Shown in pieces: positions 23,540-35,735 of a stretch of DNA of 64,000 nt. Both the position numbers and the translations under genes were made by a program. The notes under the pieces are model-generated. The model had not been told where the DNA came from and searched no databases. It was given only the letters and a program-made list of their open reading frames with translations. This DNA is from Squalus acanthias. Taxonomy: Eukaryota. The stretch is taken from the NCBI GenBank assembly GCA_030390025.1, contig CM059438.1:60948001-61012000 (forward strand), given 5' to 3'. How positions within the stretch are numbered: position 1 is the first letter of the stretch; every line of letters starts with the position of its first letter.

Positions 23540-24280
23540 CCTTTCACCTCTGGGACCTGGGTTCAAATCCAGCCCAGTGTAATGAGGTGAACGTCTGTTG
23601 GCTGTAAAGGCCCTAAATAAAATAAAATGAGCATCGAAAGAAAGAAAGAAAGACTTGCATTTCTATAGCGCCTATCACGACCTTAGGATGTCCCAAAGCG
23701 CTTTACACCTAAATTAAGTACTTTTAAGTGTAGTCGCTGTTGTAATGTCGGAAACGCGGCAGTCAATTCGTTCACAGCAAGTTCCCACAAACGGCAATGA
23801 GATCATGACCAGATAATCTGTTTTAGTGATGTTGGTTGAGGGATAAATATTGGCCCCAAGGACACCGGGGAGAACTCCCCTGCTCTTCTTCGAATAGTGG
23901 CCGTGGGATCTTTTACGCCCACCCGAGCGGGCAAACGGGGCCTCGGTTTAACGTTTCATCTGAAAGACGCCACCTCCGACCGTGTAGCGCTCCCTCGGCA
24001 CCGCACTGGGGTGTCAGCCTGGATTATGTGCTCAAGACTCTGGAGTGGGGTGTGAACCCACAAATCCAGAGGGCTGGCACTTCAGTTTCAGCTGTTTCAG
24101 TCCAGTTTCTAGTGGGTGTGGAAAATAGAAAAAAAACACACTGGTGCAGGGAGGTCCTCTTTTGTGGCTGGGGCTGAGGTACATGAGGAGGAACATTCCT
24201 CTTCATCTGGACGTGCTGTACATTGATGTTGACACTGGGTGCCTGAAATGGAAAGGTTTCCATTCCAGGCATTAACATCA
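23540..24280 (+). mobile_element. LF-SINE-like element split by a Deu-SINE insertion
   Basis: CCTTTCACCTCTGGGACCTGGGTTCAAATCCAGCCCAG...AAATGAG, then after the insert TCAGTCCAGTTTCTAGTGG...GGGCTGAGGTACAT...CGTGCTGTAC, in the order I recall for the LF-SINE consensus. Confidence 0.5.
23637..24080 (-). mobile_element. Deu-domain SINE (SacSINE1-like), near full length
   Basis: (TTTC)n tail, Deu core and partial tRNA head. Confidence 0.85.
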
Positions 24281-24611
24281 ATCGCTAATATATAAGATGT
24301 AAAACACACACTTAACCATCAACGTTATGTAGGTGCATCGCCCACGTGTGAATAAAGTCACTCATTGTTTTCCCTAGTCTAGGGCTGAGGGGACAGAATG
24401 GCGTGGGGCAGGGGCTGGCATTGTGCTCCCAGTTCTGAGACTTTCTTTGCTGAGGATGAAGCCTCAATGATACGGAAATAAATAGAGTTAAATGGACTTC
24501 AGTTTTGCAGTCAAAACTTTTGCGTCCAGTTTACATCGTTGAAACTTCTGGTTGACAGCTCTACCCTCAATAGTAACTGACTGGAAGGATCGGATACTAG
24601 GGCTACATTAG

Positions 24612-25015
24612 AAGAATGAGAGATGATTTCATTGAAACATACACAATTCTTACAGGGCTTGACAGGGTGGATGCAGGGAGGATGTTTCCCCTCGCTGCGG
24701 AGTCTAGAACCAAGGGTCACAGTCTCAGAATAAGGGGTCGGCCATTTAGGACCGAGATGAGGAGAAATTTCTTTACTCAGATGGTGGTGAATCTTTGGAA
24801 TTCTCTACCCCAGAGGGCTGTGAAGGCTCAGTCGTTGAGTATATTCAAGACAGAGAGCGATAGATTTTTGAATATTAAGGGAATCAAGGGATATGGGGAT
24901 AGTGCAGGAAAGCGGAGATGAGGTAGAAGATCAGCCATGATCTTATTGAATGGCGGAGCAGGCACGAAGGGCCAAATAGCCTACTCTTGCTTCTATTTCT
25001 TATGTTCTTATGTTC
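24612..25015 (+). mobile_element. CR1 3' end
   Basis: IETYTILTGLDRVD...NFFTQMVVNLWNSLP; (TTCTTATG)n tail. Confidence 0.9.
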
Positions 25016-25027
25016 TTATTAATGAAA

Positions 25028-27220
25028 CACAACGCCATCCACGCTCTCAAGACCAACCGCAACATCGTCATCAAACCAGCGGACAAAGGAGGAGCCATCG
25101 TCATACAGAACAGAATGGACTATTGCAAAGAAGCATACCGACGACAACTGGACAACCAGGAACACTACAGACAGTTACCCGCAGATCCGACCAAAGAACA
25201 CACCCGCCAACTCAATAGACTGATCAAGACCTTCGATCCAGACCTTCAAAACATCCTACGCACTCTCATCCCACGTACTCCCTGCGTAGGAGACTTTTAC
25301 TGCCTCCCAAAGATACACAAAGCCAACACACCCGGACGTCCTATCGTATCAGGCAACGGAACCCTGTGTGAGAACCTCTCTGGGTACGTCGAGGACATCC
25401 TGAAACCCATCATACAGGGAACCCCCAGCTTCTGTCGCGACACTACAGACTTCTTGCAGAAACTCAGCACCCATGGACCAGTTGAACCAGGAACACTCCT
25501 CGCCACGATGGACGTATCGGCACTCTACACCAATATCCCCCACGATGACTGCATCGCTGCGACAGCCTCAGTACTCAACACCAATAACAGCCAATCTCCA
25601 GACACCATCCTACAACTCATCCGCTTCATCCTTGACCACAATGTCTTCACCTTCGACAACCAGTTTTTTACCCAAACACACGGAACAGTCATGGGGACCA
25701 AATTCGCACCCCAATACGCCAACATCTTCATGCACTAGTTCGAGCAAGACTTCTTCGCTGCACAGGACCTCCAACCAACGCTGTACACCAGATACATCGA
25801 CGACATCTTCTTCCTTTGGACCCACGGCGAAGGATCACTGAAAAGACTACACGATAACATCAACAGGTTCCATCCCACCATCAAACTCACCATGGACTAC
25901 TCCTCAGAATCGGTTTCATTCTTGGACACATGAATCTCCATCAAAGACGGACGCCTCAGCACTTCACTCTACTGCAAGCCCACGGACAACCTCACGATGC
26001 TCCACTTCTCCAGCTTCCACCCTAACCACGTTAAAGAAGCCATCCCCTATGGACAAGCCCTGCGAATACACAGGATCTGCTCAGATGAGGAGGAACGCGA
26101 TGGACACCTACGGACACTGAAAGACGCCCTCGTAAGAACGGGATATGACGCTCGACTCGTCGATCGACAGTTCCGACGGGCCACAGTGAAAAACCGCATA
26201 GACCTCCTCAGAAGGCAAACACGGGACACAACCAACAGAGTACCCTACGTCGTCCAGTACTTCCCCGGAGCGGAGAAACTATGCCATGTTCTTTGCAGCC
26301 TTCAACATGTCATCGATGACGACGAACACCTTGCTAAGGCCATCCCCATGCCTCCACTACTCGCCTTCAAGCAGCCGCCTAACCTCAAAAGTACCATCGT
26401 TCGCAGCAAATTACCCAGCTGTCAGGAGAACAGCGACCACGACACCACACAACCCTGCCATGGCAACCTCTGCAAGACATGCTAGATCATCAACACAGAT
26501 ACCATCATCACACATGAGGACACTACCCACCAGGTACATGGTACATACTCATGTGACTCGGCCAACGTTGTCTACCTGATACGTTGCAGGAAAGGATGCC
26601 CCGGAGCATGGTACATCGGCGAGACCATGCAGACACTGAGACAACGTATGAACGGACACCGCGCAACAATCGCCAGGCAGGATTGTTACCTTCCAGTCGG
26701 GGAACACTTCAGCAGTCAAGGACATTCAGCCTCGGATCTGCGGGTTAGCGTTCTCCAAGGCGGCCTTCGAGACACACGATAACGCAAAATCATCGAGCAG
26801 AAACTGATAGCCAAGTTCCGCACCCATGAGGACGGCCTCAATAGGGATATCGGGTTCATGTCACGCTACAGAACGTGACTCGACATCGTTGTCTGTCTTT
26901 CCAGTTTTTAAAAAAAAAACACAAAAAAAAACAAACCAAAAAAAAAGGTTAAAAGCTCAACTGCAGACAGCAGGATTTGACACGTTGGACCCCCTTTGAC
27001 CCATCTCATTGTCTTAGCTGTGCTCTGGTGTGTCTTTGATGTAATGCCTCCCTGAAAGATTGTATCTCTGCAGACAAATTGCTTTCTGTGTTTATATACT
27101 GTGTAATACTGTAGATTCCCTCATTGTACCTTTACCTGACGAAGGGGCAACAGCTCCGAAAGCTTGTAATTTTAAATAAATCTGTTGGACTATAACCTGG
27201 TGTTGTGCGACTTCTCATTT
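25028..27220 (+). mobile_element. Penelope-like retroelement (RT + GIY-YIG endonuclease, decayed) with hammerhead-like motif
   Basis: IVIKPADKGGAIVI, YCLPKIHK, GRPIVS, MDVSALYTNIP, GTVMG, RYIDDIF; C-terminal VVYLIRC...YIGET; imperfect 12-bp TSD TTATTA(A/C)TGAAA at 25016-25027 and 27221-27232. Confidence 0.93.
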
Positions 27221-28019
27221 TTATTACTGAAAGACAGAGCTCAGTAGTTAAGATTGTTGACAAGGCAAAAAGTTTAGACTTTCCTTGTGACTTTGAAAGA
27301 GAAGAATATTCCATTGAGTTGGTCTGTAATCCCTCAAAGCTATAAATGGAGATAGCTGGACATTTATTGGTGACTTAGGAAGTGCTAGGGCTCCGTTGGA
27401 AGCCTTTCCCAGATGCCTCAGCGGAGATTTATGTGCATCCTGATTCAGCAAACATCTTCTGGCACTAGCATCGGACTTAGTACTTCCTATTGTTGGGTGT
27501 CATGAAGTTGCATCTCCTCATGAACAATCAGTGTGACAAATGGTTGTTTCAGCTGAATTTCAAGTAAATTGCCCCAACTCAGTCAAAAGGAAATGAGCAG
27601 TTCCAAGTTAGTTAAAAAAAAATCTCTGGCTAAGTTGAGGGTTTGTTTTGCAGCACTGTTTCCCAATTAGCTTGTATTTGTAGGGAAATTAACACACAAT
27701 TGGTATCTTCGAAGCAAGGTCGGCTGTTAGCAGCACTGTCAGGAATTCAGCGTTGGCTGAAGCGATTGGAATCACCTTTTCTCAACTGCGCTACTCAGAG
27801 AGGATTCTGCAAACTGCTGCTGTGCCATGTGGCTGCCCCTCCCAAAACAATCTTCTCGCCCCTCTTTTGTCTGCCAACCAGTTGGGATGCGTTTTTTTGC
27901 TTACCTCCCCTCACCGCTGCCCCGGGAGTATCTAAGGTGCCACAGGTTGGACTTGAATAGCCTGCACCACTTTCTATATTTAAATGAGTTGTCCCCCGCC
28001 CATCCCACATTTTGTTTGA

Positions 28020-28310
28020 ATTCATTCACGGGATGTGGGCGTCGCTGGCAAGGCCAGTGTTTATCACCCATCCCTAGTTGCCCTTGAGAAGGTGGTGGTG
28101 AGGCGCCTTCTTGAACCGCTGCAGTCCGTGTGGTGAAGGTACTCCCACAGTGCTGTTAGGGAGGGAGTTTCAGGATTTTGACCCAGCGACAATGAAGGAT
28201 CGGCGATATATTTCCAAGTCAGGAAGGTGTATGACTTGGAGGGGAGCTTGGAGGTGGTGGAGTCCCCATGCGCCTGCTGCCCTTGTCTAGGTGGTAGAGG
28301 TCGCAGGTTT
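28020..28310 (-). mobile_element. 3' end of a CR1/L2-group LINE
   Basis: Homologous to 7050-7315 and 54830-55595. Confidence 0.7.
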
Positions 28311-28934
28311 ACTACAGGGTCAGCTGCACCATGTCAGGTCGGAGTTTACAAACACCCACTCCCCTGTCTCATGAGCATCTAAATCGCTTGCTGTGTATAA
28401 AGTTATGATTGGCCTACAGTGAGTTTAGTAATAGGATCTGACTTGCACTATACACACCGAGGGCGAAATGGCCCAAAGTTGAAGTGGTTTCTCCTCAAAC
28501 TTTTTTCTTTTTTTGAGCAGGACGTTAGGATCTTTAGTTCAAGCTGCATTACCTCAGCCAACGTTCTTTATCCCTTCCCTCACAGTGAGAGTAAAAATAC
28601 CTGCTGATGTACTTTCCAACCTTCAGCTCAGGGGAGCCAGCGAGAGAACATGGAATGTTCAGTGAAGTCGACGCACGAGATTCTTTCCACTGTTTTTCAG
28701 TTCACTGTCCAAGCTGACAGGCTGTTATTATTTAAAGACGTGTTATTGCAGATATTTGTCTAACAATCATGTCCCGGTCAATGCCTGAGCTGGTTGTACA
28801 CGATCTGTGAACAAAATGTCCTTAATGAGCCGAGTGGTTTTTTTTCTTGTTCCATACATGATGTTTCTGTACACATGAAAAGAAGCTGCCTGCCATAATT
28901 CAGACCGTGCATGTGGCAGAAGAAAAACGTCACC

Positions 28935-30120
28935 AGGTCGGGGGAGATCCCTGACGTACAGATATCGCTGCAGGGTCTCAAGGCGGAAAGTCGTAGCCTG
29001 GGTGCGAACGCACACCAGCGCCTGACCGCCCTCCCTAAGCGGGAGACTCAGAACCGCAGCAGAGACTCGGGGATTCCTTTTGTCCCAGAAGAAATCGACG
29101 AGCTTCCTCTGAATCTTGGCGACAAACTCAGGGGGAGGGATCGAAGTGACCAACCGTCACCACAACATTGCGACCACCTGTTGGTTAATGACCAGCGCTT
29201 GACCCCTTGTAGGACAGCACTCGGAGCAGTCCTGTCCCGTGCCCTCGGTGAGCGGTGACTTTGGCTTCAGGCTCTTGCCAGTTCGCCGACCAGGCTTCCT
29301 CAGCAGGGCTCAGGGAGACTCCCAGGTAGAGGAGATGAGTGGTGCCCCAGGCAAAGAGAATGAACGGCTCTGGCAGAGAGTCCATCCATCACTGACCTAC
29401 CAGGAGTCCAGAGCATTTGTCCGAATTGACCCTTGTGGAGGACGTGGCAGAGTACACTTGGTGGCACTCGCGCATCCTCTGCAAGTCAGCAAAATCCGTG
29501 ATCATGAGGAGTGTGTCATCAGCGTGAGCCGAATGGGCAACCATCACGTGCGGAGCCAGTCCTGACAACCTCCTTTGCAAGAGGCGCAGGAAAGGCTCCA
29601 CGTGGATGGAATATAACTGGGCTGGACATTGGGCCTCCCTGACGTACTCCCAAAGTAAAGGGCGCCGTCAAAAATCCGTTAACCCTAATCAGACACTCAG
29701 CGGCAGCCTGTTCCGAACGCCAAAATCTGTCCCGAACCCGAAAGCCCGCAGAGTCCTGAATAAATATTCGTGATCCACCCTGTCGAACACCTTCTCCTGA
29801 TTCAGGAAAAGGAAGGCACTCAACAGACCAGCCCTCTGGGTATGGTCCTGAGCCAGATGAATAATATCCTGGATTGTAGGACTGGTCGGGGTGGATCATG
29901 TGGGCCAACATGGTGCCAAGGCAAGCAGACATGGCCCTGGCGAAGGTCTTGTAATCCGTGCTGAGAAGGGAGACCGGGCATTAGATTTTTAGGTGGCGGA
30001 GATCACCCTCCTTCAGCAACAGGGCGCTGACTGCCCTGCGCCAAGAAAGAGGCATCTCCCCGGTCGCTAGACTTTCCTCCAGGACCTGTGCCTAGTCACC
30101 CCCAGGAAGTCCCAGGGAAA
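28935..30120 (-). mobile_element. Tx1-clade (L1-like) non-LTR retrotransposon RT fragment, heavily decayed
   Basis: Broken frames give GEMPLSWRRAV, PVSLLSTDYK, IHPDQSY, GVRQG, AHADD, YLGV, IQRKLVDFFW, LSLPLREGGQALV. Confidence 0.8.
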
Positions 30121-30129
30121 AGGGAGAGT

Positions 30130-30640
30130 GGCCGGTCAGGTCATTGAACTTCTTGCAGAACTGGTCTGCAGTCCCAGGAGTGATAGAATTGGCACTCACT
30201 GCCCATGGCACCTCTCTCCAGATGGCACAAGTGACATTTTTCACAAGTTTCCTGCCACGGACACCCAATAGTCTGTGTCTCCTGAGTTCAGTTTCATTGA
30301 GAAGTGCTGGCAGGTCCATCACCCTGAAGTTGCGAGATTATCTTCTCTGCCTCTGTGCAGGCTCTTCAATCGTACGGCAGCAGCTCGGCCGAGGCCGATT
30401 CTGCCCTCGCACCATTCCGGCCTCGTGCTTCCACTGCGGATCGCTGGATGCCGACCAAGAATAAGAACCCAGTCCCTTTTTCCCCACTGCTTGGTTCTGG
30501 GAAGAATGAGGCCATTTGCTGACTTCAGCGTTACCCCGCGCCCCCCCGGGGGCATAGACCAGGGGTCGAATCTGCGCCACACACCAGGGCATTTGCAAAG
30601 TGAGCCACCAGGGGGCAATACAGCGTTCAAATTCCTGCCC
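30130..30640 (-). mobile_element. 5' part of a PIF/Harbinger transposon with a Myb/SANT-like ORF remnant (30130-30340)
   Basis: Terminus GGGCAGGAATTTG at 30640; peptide DLPALLNETELRRHRLLG...WREVPWAVSANSITPGTADQFCKKFNDL fits the Myb/SANT-like DNA-binding pattern of Harbinger partner proteins. Confidence 0.7.
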
Positions 30641-31282
30641 TGGAATGTGCCCCCGATGAGACGCATGAAGTCAAATAACTTCGACCAGCTTACAGAACTC
30701 TCGAAACATCCGCACATTCAGAGCCTTAAATGCTGCAAGATGCGATGATTGGGGCAAATTATGGAAATATCAACCCATTGGGAGATTTGTTATTAGCCAG
30801 GCCTTTGATCTCTTTGACCATTGTCAGCCTCCCATTAAAATGAAAAGCCTGGCTAATGTTTTCCAAAAGTATTTTCAGCTAATAGTTTAATTTAAGGAAG
30901 TCGACTCCTAGTGTGACGTCGCCAAGTTCATGTGATTGCGGTGACCCCTGTTTTTCTTGGGTCCGTGCTCAGTTTCCATCAAGATGAGAAAACTGAAATA
31001 ATAAACTGCATTACCTCGGAATATCTGGGTCACAACGAGGTTAGATTTCATCAATATCAAAAGCTAGTGTCAATTTGCACTCTGTTCAAGGGTTATTGGT
31101 GTCTTTTAATGAACACACATCATCATTCAGGCTCCTTTCATAAACCAAAAAAAAGAAAGGGTCACAAAGAATTATGACAAAATATTCAAAAATTAAATTA
31201 AGATAAGAAGTTGTCATCATTGAATGTAAAACCAATGGGAAGGTGGTTCAGTAGCATTACTGGCAAACAGTGTCAATTAACA

Positions 31283-32592
31283 ACAACAGAAAATGCTGGG
31301 AACACTCAGCATGTCAGGCAGCATCGTGGAGAGAGAAACAGAGTCAACGTTTCAGGTCGATGACCTTTCGTCCGAACTGGAAAAAGTTAGAGAAGTAACA
31401 GGTTTTAAGCAAGTGTAGGGGCAGGGAGAGGGGAGGAGGGGAGGAAAGAACAAAAGGGAAGGTCTGTGATAGGATGGAAGGCAGGAGAGATTAAGAGACA
31501 AAAGGGATGATGGTGCAAGGCAAAAGGAGATGGTAATGGGACAAGTTAAGAAACAAAAGATGACTCTAGATGAGGTGTAAATGACAATGGCTGAATCATC
31601 AACAGCTGCCATGTGAGAGAGAAAAGAAAACATGGGGGCCGAGGTTATAGTCTGAAATTGTTGAACTCGATGTTGAGTCCAGAAGGCTGTAAAGTGCCTA
31701 ATTGAAAGATGAGGTGCTGTTCCTCGAGCTTACGTTGAACTTCGTTGAAACAGTGTAAGAGGCCGAGGACAGAGAGATCAGAGTGGGAGTGGAACGGAGA
31801 ATTAAAGTGACAGGTGACCAGAAGCTCGGGGTCACCCTTACGGACTGAATGAAGGTGTTCCGCAAAGCGGTCACCCAATCTGTGTTTGGTTTCCCCAGTG
31901 TAGCGGAGACCGCATCGTGAGCAGCGAATACAGTACATTAAATTGTAAGAAGTACAAGTAAATCGCTGTTTCACCTGGAAGGAGTGTTTGGGGCCCTAGA
32001 CAGTGGGAAGGAAGGAGGTGAAAGGGCAGGTGTTGCATCTCCTGCGCTTGCATGGGAAGGTGCCGTGGGAAGGGGAAGGGGTGTTGGGGGTGATAGAGGA
32101 GTGGACCAGGGTGTCGTGGAGGGAGCGGTCCCTTCAGAATGCCGAAAGGGGAGAAGAGCGGAAGATGTGTTTGGTGGTGGGATCACGCTGGAGGTGGTGG
32201 AAGTGGCGGAGGATGACCCGTTGAATGTGGAGGCTGGTGGGGTGAAAGGTGAGGACAAGGGGAACCCTTTCGTGGTTCTGGGAGGGAGGGGAACGGGTGA
32301 GAGCAGAAGTGCGGGAAATGGAACGGACACGGTCAAGGGCCGTGTCAACCATGGTAGAAGGGAATCCTCGGTTGAGGAAAAAGGAAGACATATCGGAAGC
32401 ACTAGTATGGCAGGTGGCATCGTCAGAACAGATACGGTGGAGACGGAGAAACTGGGAGAATGGAATAGAGTCCTTACAGGGAGTGGGGTGGGAGGAATAG
32501 TAGTCCAGGTAGCTGGGGGAGACAGTGGCCTTATAGTGGATGTTTGTTGTTGTTTCAGATTTCCAGTTTCTGCAGTAGTTTGCTATTGTATT
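31283..32592 (-). mobile_element. Second Penelope-like family: RT C-terminus + GIY-YIG, with an inverted terminal segment
   Basis: YLDYYSSHPTPCKDSIPFSQFLRLHRICS; FTCTSYNLMYCIRCSRCGLRYTGETKHRLGDRFAEH; imperfect 14-bp TSD AGTGTCAAT(T/G)AACA at 31269-31282 and 32593-32606. Confidence 0.9.
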
Positions 32593-32608
32593 AGTGTCAA
32601 TGAACACT

Positions 32609-34030
32609 TGTGTTACTGACTGTATCTCTACTGATGTTAATCCAGCTCCCTCACAGTCACTCAGTAACCCCTCCCCCAGCACCCTGTGTTACTGACTGTA
32701 TCTCTACTGATGTTAATCCAGCTCCCTCACACTGTCACTCAGTAACCCCTCCCCCAGCGCCCTGTGTTACTGACTGTATCTCTACTGATGTTAATCCAGC
32801 TCCCTCACACTGTCACTCAGTAACCCCTCCCCCCAACGCCCTGTGTTACTGACTGTATCTCTACTGATGTTAATCCAGCTCCCTCACACTGTCACTCAGT
32901 AACCCCTCTCCCAGCGCCCTGTGTTACTGACTGTATCTCTACTGATGTTAATCCAGCTCCCTCACACTGTCACTCAGTAACCCCTCCCCCAGCGCCCTGT
33001 GTTACTGACTGTATCTCTACTGATGTTAATCCAGCTCCCTCACACTGTCACTCAGTAACCCCTCCCCCAGCACCCTGTGTTACTGACTGTATCTCTACTG
33101 ATGTTAATCCAGCTCCTTCACACTGTCACTCAGTAACCCCTCGCCCAGCGCCCTGTGTTACTGACTGTATCTCTACTGATGTTAATCCAGCTCCTTCACA
33201 CTGTCACTCAGTAACCCCTCGCCCAGCACCCTGTGTTACTGACTGTATCTCTACTGATGTTAATCCAGCTCCCTCACACTGTCACTCAGTAACCCCTCGC
33301 CCAGCGCCCTGTGTTACTGACTGTATCTCTACTGATGTTAATCCAGCTCCCTCACACTGTCACGCAGTAACCCCTCTCCCAGCGCCCTGTGTTACTGACT
33401 GTATCTCTACTGATGTTAATCCAGCTCCCTCACACTGTCACTCAGTAACCCCTCGCCCAGCGCCCTGTGTTACTGACTGTATCTCTACTGATGTTAATCC
33501 AGCTCCCTCACACTGTCACGCAGTAACCCCTCTCCCAGCGCCCTGTGTTACTGACTGTATCTCTACTGATGTTAATCCAGCTCCCTCACACTGTCACTCA
33601 GTAACCCCTCCCCCAGCGCCCTGTGTTACTGACTGTATCTCTACTGATGTTAATCCAGCTCCCTCACACTGTCACTCAGTAACCCCTCTCCCCCAGCGCC
33701 CTGTGTTACTGACTGTATCTCTACTGATGTTAATCCAGCTCCCTCACACTGTCACGCAGTAACCCCTCTCCCAGCGCCCTGTGTTACTGACTGTATCTCT
33801 ACTGATGTTAATCCAGCTCCCTCACACTGTCACTCAGTAACCCCTCCCCCAGCGCCCTGTGTTACTGACTGTATCTCTACTGATGTTAATCCAGCTCCCT
33901 CACACTGTCACTCAGTAACCCTCTCCCCCAGCGCCCTGTGTTACTGACTGTATCTCTACTGATGTTAATCCAGCTCCCTCACACTGTCACTCAGTAACCC
34001 CTCTCCCCAGCACCTTGTGTTGCTAACTGT
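32609..34030. repeat. 78-bp minisatellite (TGTGTTACTGACTGTATCTCTACTGATGTTAATCCAGCTCCCTCACACTGTCACTCAGTAACCCCTCCCCCAGCGCCC)n, ~18 copies
   Basis: Highly homogeneous tandem units. Confidence 0.97.
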
Positions 34031-34671
34031 GACCGAATTCTCCTTCTTGCCACAAGCGATGACGAGTCTACGGGGAGGGGCTTCTGCCTGCACCCCGATG
34101 CCAGCCAGTTTCCCCCGGTCAGAGGGATTACCCTAATTGGGGCCGGTTGCCCACCTCAGGTGGGGGAAGGGAATATTTTGCAGCACTTTTACCACAGCAT
34201 AGTGTGGGCTGAAGGTTGTAAACATGTTTTTAAATGACAGAATTCAAATTCCCAGTTTGCTTGATGCAATCGATTGTACGAGGCGAAGGGTCGCTTTAAA
34301 CCCTCAGCGACTGCACCGAGGCACACAACAGCGCTGTACTCCAGGAATGTGCTTGTGTTGCTTGTGATCAGCATTTGTTAAGGTGCAAATGGTAGGACAT
34401 TCGTCCCATGTTGTATTCCAGTCTAATTATAATACGCCTGCCCATATTTGGGCGACCATGCTATACTCCTGAAGGTACGTCCATCAGGAAATGCTGCAGA
34501 AGGCCTCGGATAAGCACCTCTCCCCTCTCCCTTTCCCGCCCGCCCAGGTTAACCGTGCCACTGAAGAGGAAATTCAGCCCCTGTCTACCCACTGACGTTA
34601 AGCCAGTGCCCTTCGTGCTGCCCGGGTCAGTAATGGCTCCTGGCTGGGACACTGCGTTAACGACTGTTGCT

Positions 34672-34800
34672 GGGAATTCCCTCGGGGATTCCCCGATCGG
34701 TCGATGTAACTTTGGCGGAAATTGGCGGAATCCCCGCTTGCCAAAATCTACTCCGGGTTTCCGTCGATCTTCCACCGAATTTACACTCGAGGAAATTCCC
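34672..34800. mobile_element. Small palindromic MITE-like element (~130 bp)
   Basis: GGGAATTCCCTCGGG...CTCGAGGAAATTCCC inverted termini. Confidence 0.55.
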
Positions 34801-34979
34801 GCCGTCTTTCTGTACCCATTTTAATCCAGCTCCTTTTCACTGCTGGGCTCAGTACCTCGCCCAGTCTGGCAAGCTGTGTCACCGACTGTCGGCATGACTT
34901 ACGATTGTTTGTGGAACACAGAACTACTAACTGAGGCCGGAGCGATGGTTTCTCAGTGAGACAGGATCAAAATAAATTA

Positions 34980-35735
34980 CATACGAACATCCGAATTAGG
35001 AGCAGGAGTCGGCCACTCGGCCCCTCGAGCCTGCTCCGCCATTCCATAAGATCATGGCTGATCCGATTACTCCACGTTCCCGCCTACCCCCGATAACCTT
35101 TCACCCCCTTGTTTACCAAGAATCTATCTACCTCTGCCTTAAAAATATTCAATGACTCTGCTTCCACCGCCCTCTGAGGAAGAGAGTTCCAAAGACTCTC
35201 GACCCTCTGTGAGAAAAAATTTCACCTCATCTCTGCCTTAAATGGGCGACCCCTTATTTTTAAACAGTGACCCCTAGTTCTAGATTCTCCCACAAGAGGA
35301 AACATCCTCTCCACATCCACCCTGTCAAGACCCCTCAGGATCTTATATTTTTCAATCAAGTCACCTCTTACTCTTCTAAACTCCAGCGGATACAAGCCTA
35401 GCCTGTCCAACCTTTCCTCATAAGACAACCCGCCCATTCCAGGTATTAGTCTAGTAATCCTTCTCTGAACTGCTTCCAACGCATTTACATCCTTCCTTAA
35501 ATAAGGACAAATGTGAGAAGTCGCACAACACCAGGTTATAGTCCAACAGGTGCCGAAGGAGCAGCGCTCCGAAAGCTTGTGATTTCAAATAAAGCTGTTG
35601 GACTATAACCTGGTGTTGTGCGACTTCTCACATTTGTCCACCCCAGTCCAACACCGGCATCTCCACATCTTAAATAAGGAGACCAATACTGTACACAGTA
35701 CTCCAGATGTGGTCTCACCAATGCCCTGTACAACT
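34980..35735 (-). mobile_element. CR1 3' end with a nested Penelope-derived hairpin
   Basis: YRALVRPHLEYCVQYWSPYL / EAVQRRITRLIPGM; CR1 tail near 34980-35040. Confidence 0.9.
35508..35668. mobile_element. 161-bp Penelope-derived inverted-repeat insertion with 12-bp TSD
   Basis: CTTAAATAAGGA at 35496-35507 and 35669-35680; arms match the 3160-3365 element. Confidence 0.88.

Noticed and set aside
32609..34030. CRISPR-like regular repeats (also 108-536 and 45254-45990)
   Set aside because: Units are contiguous with no unique spacers, there are no cas genes, and the context is vertebrate.
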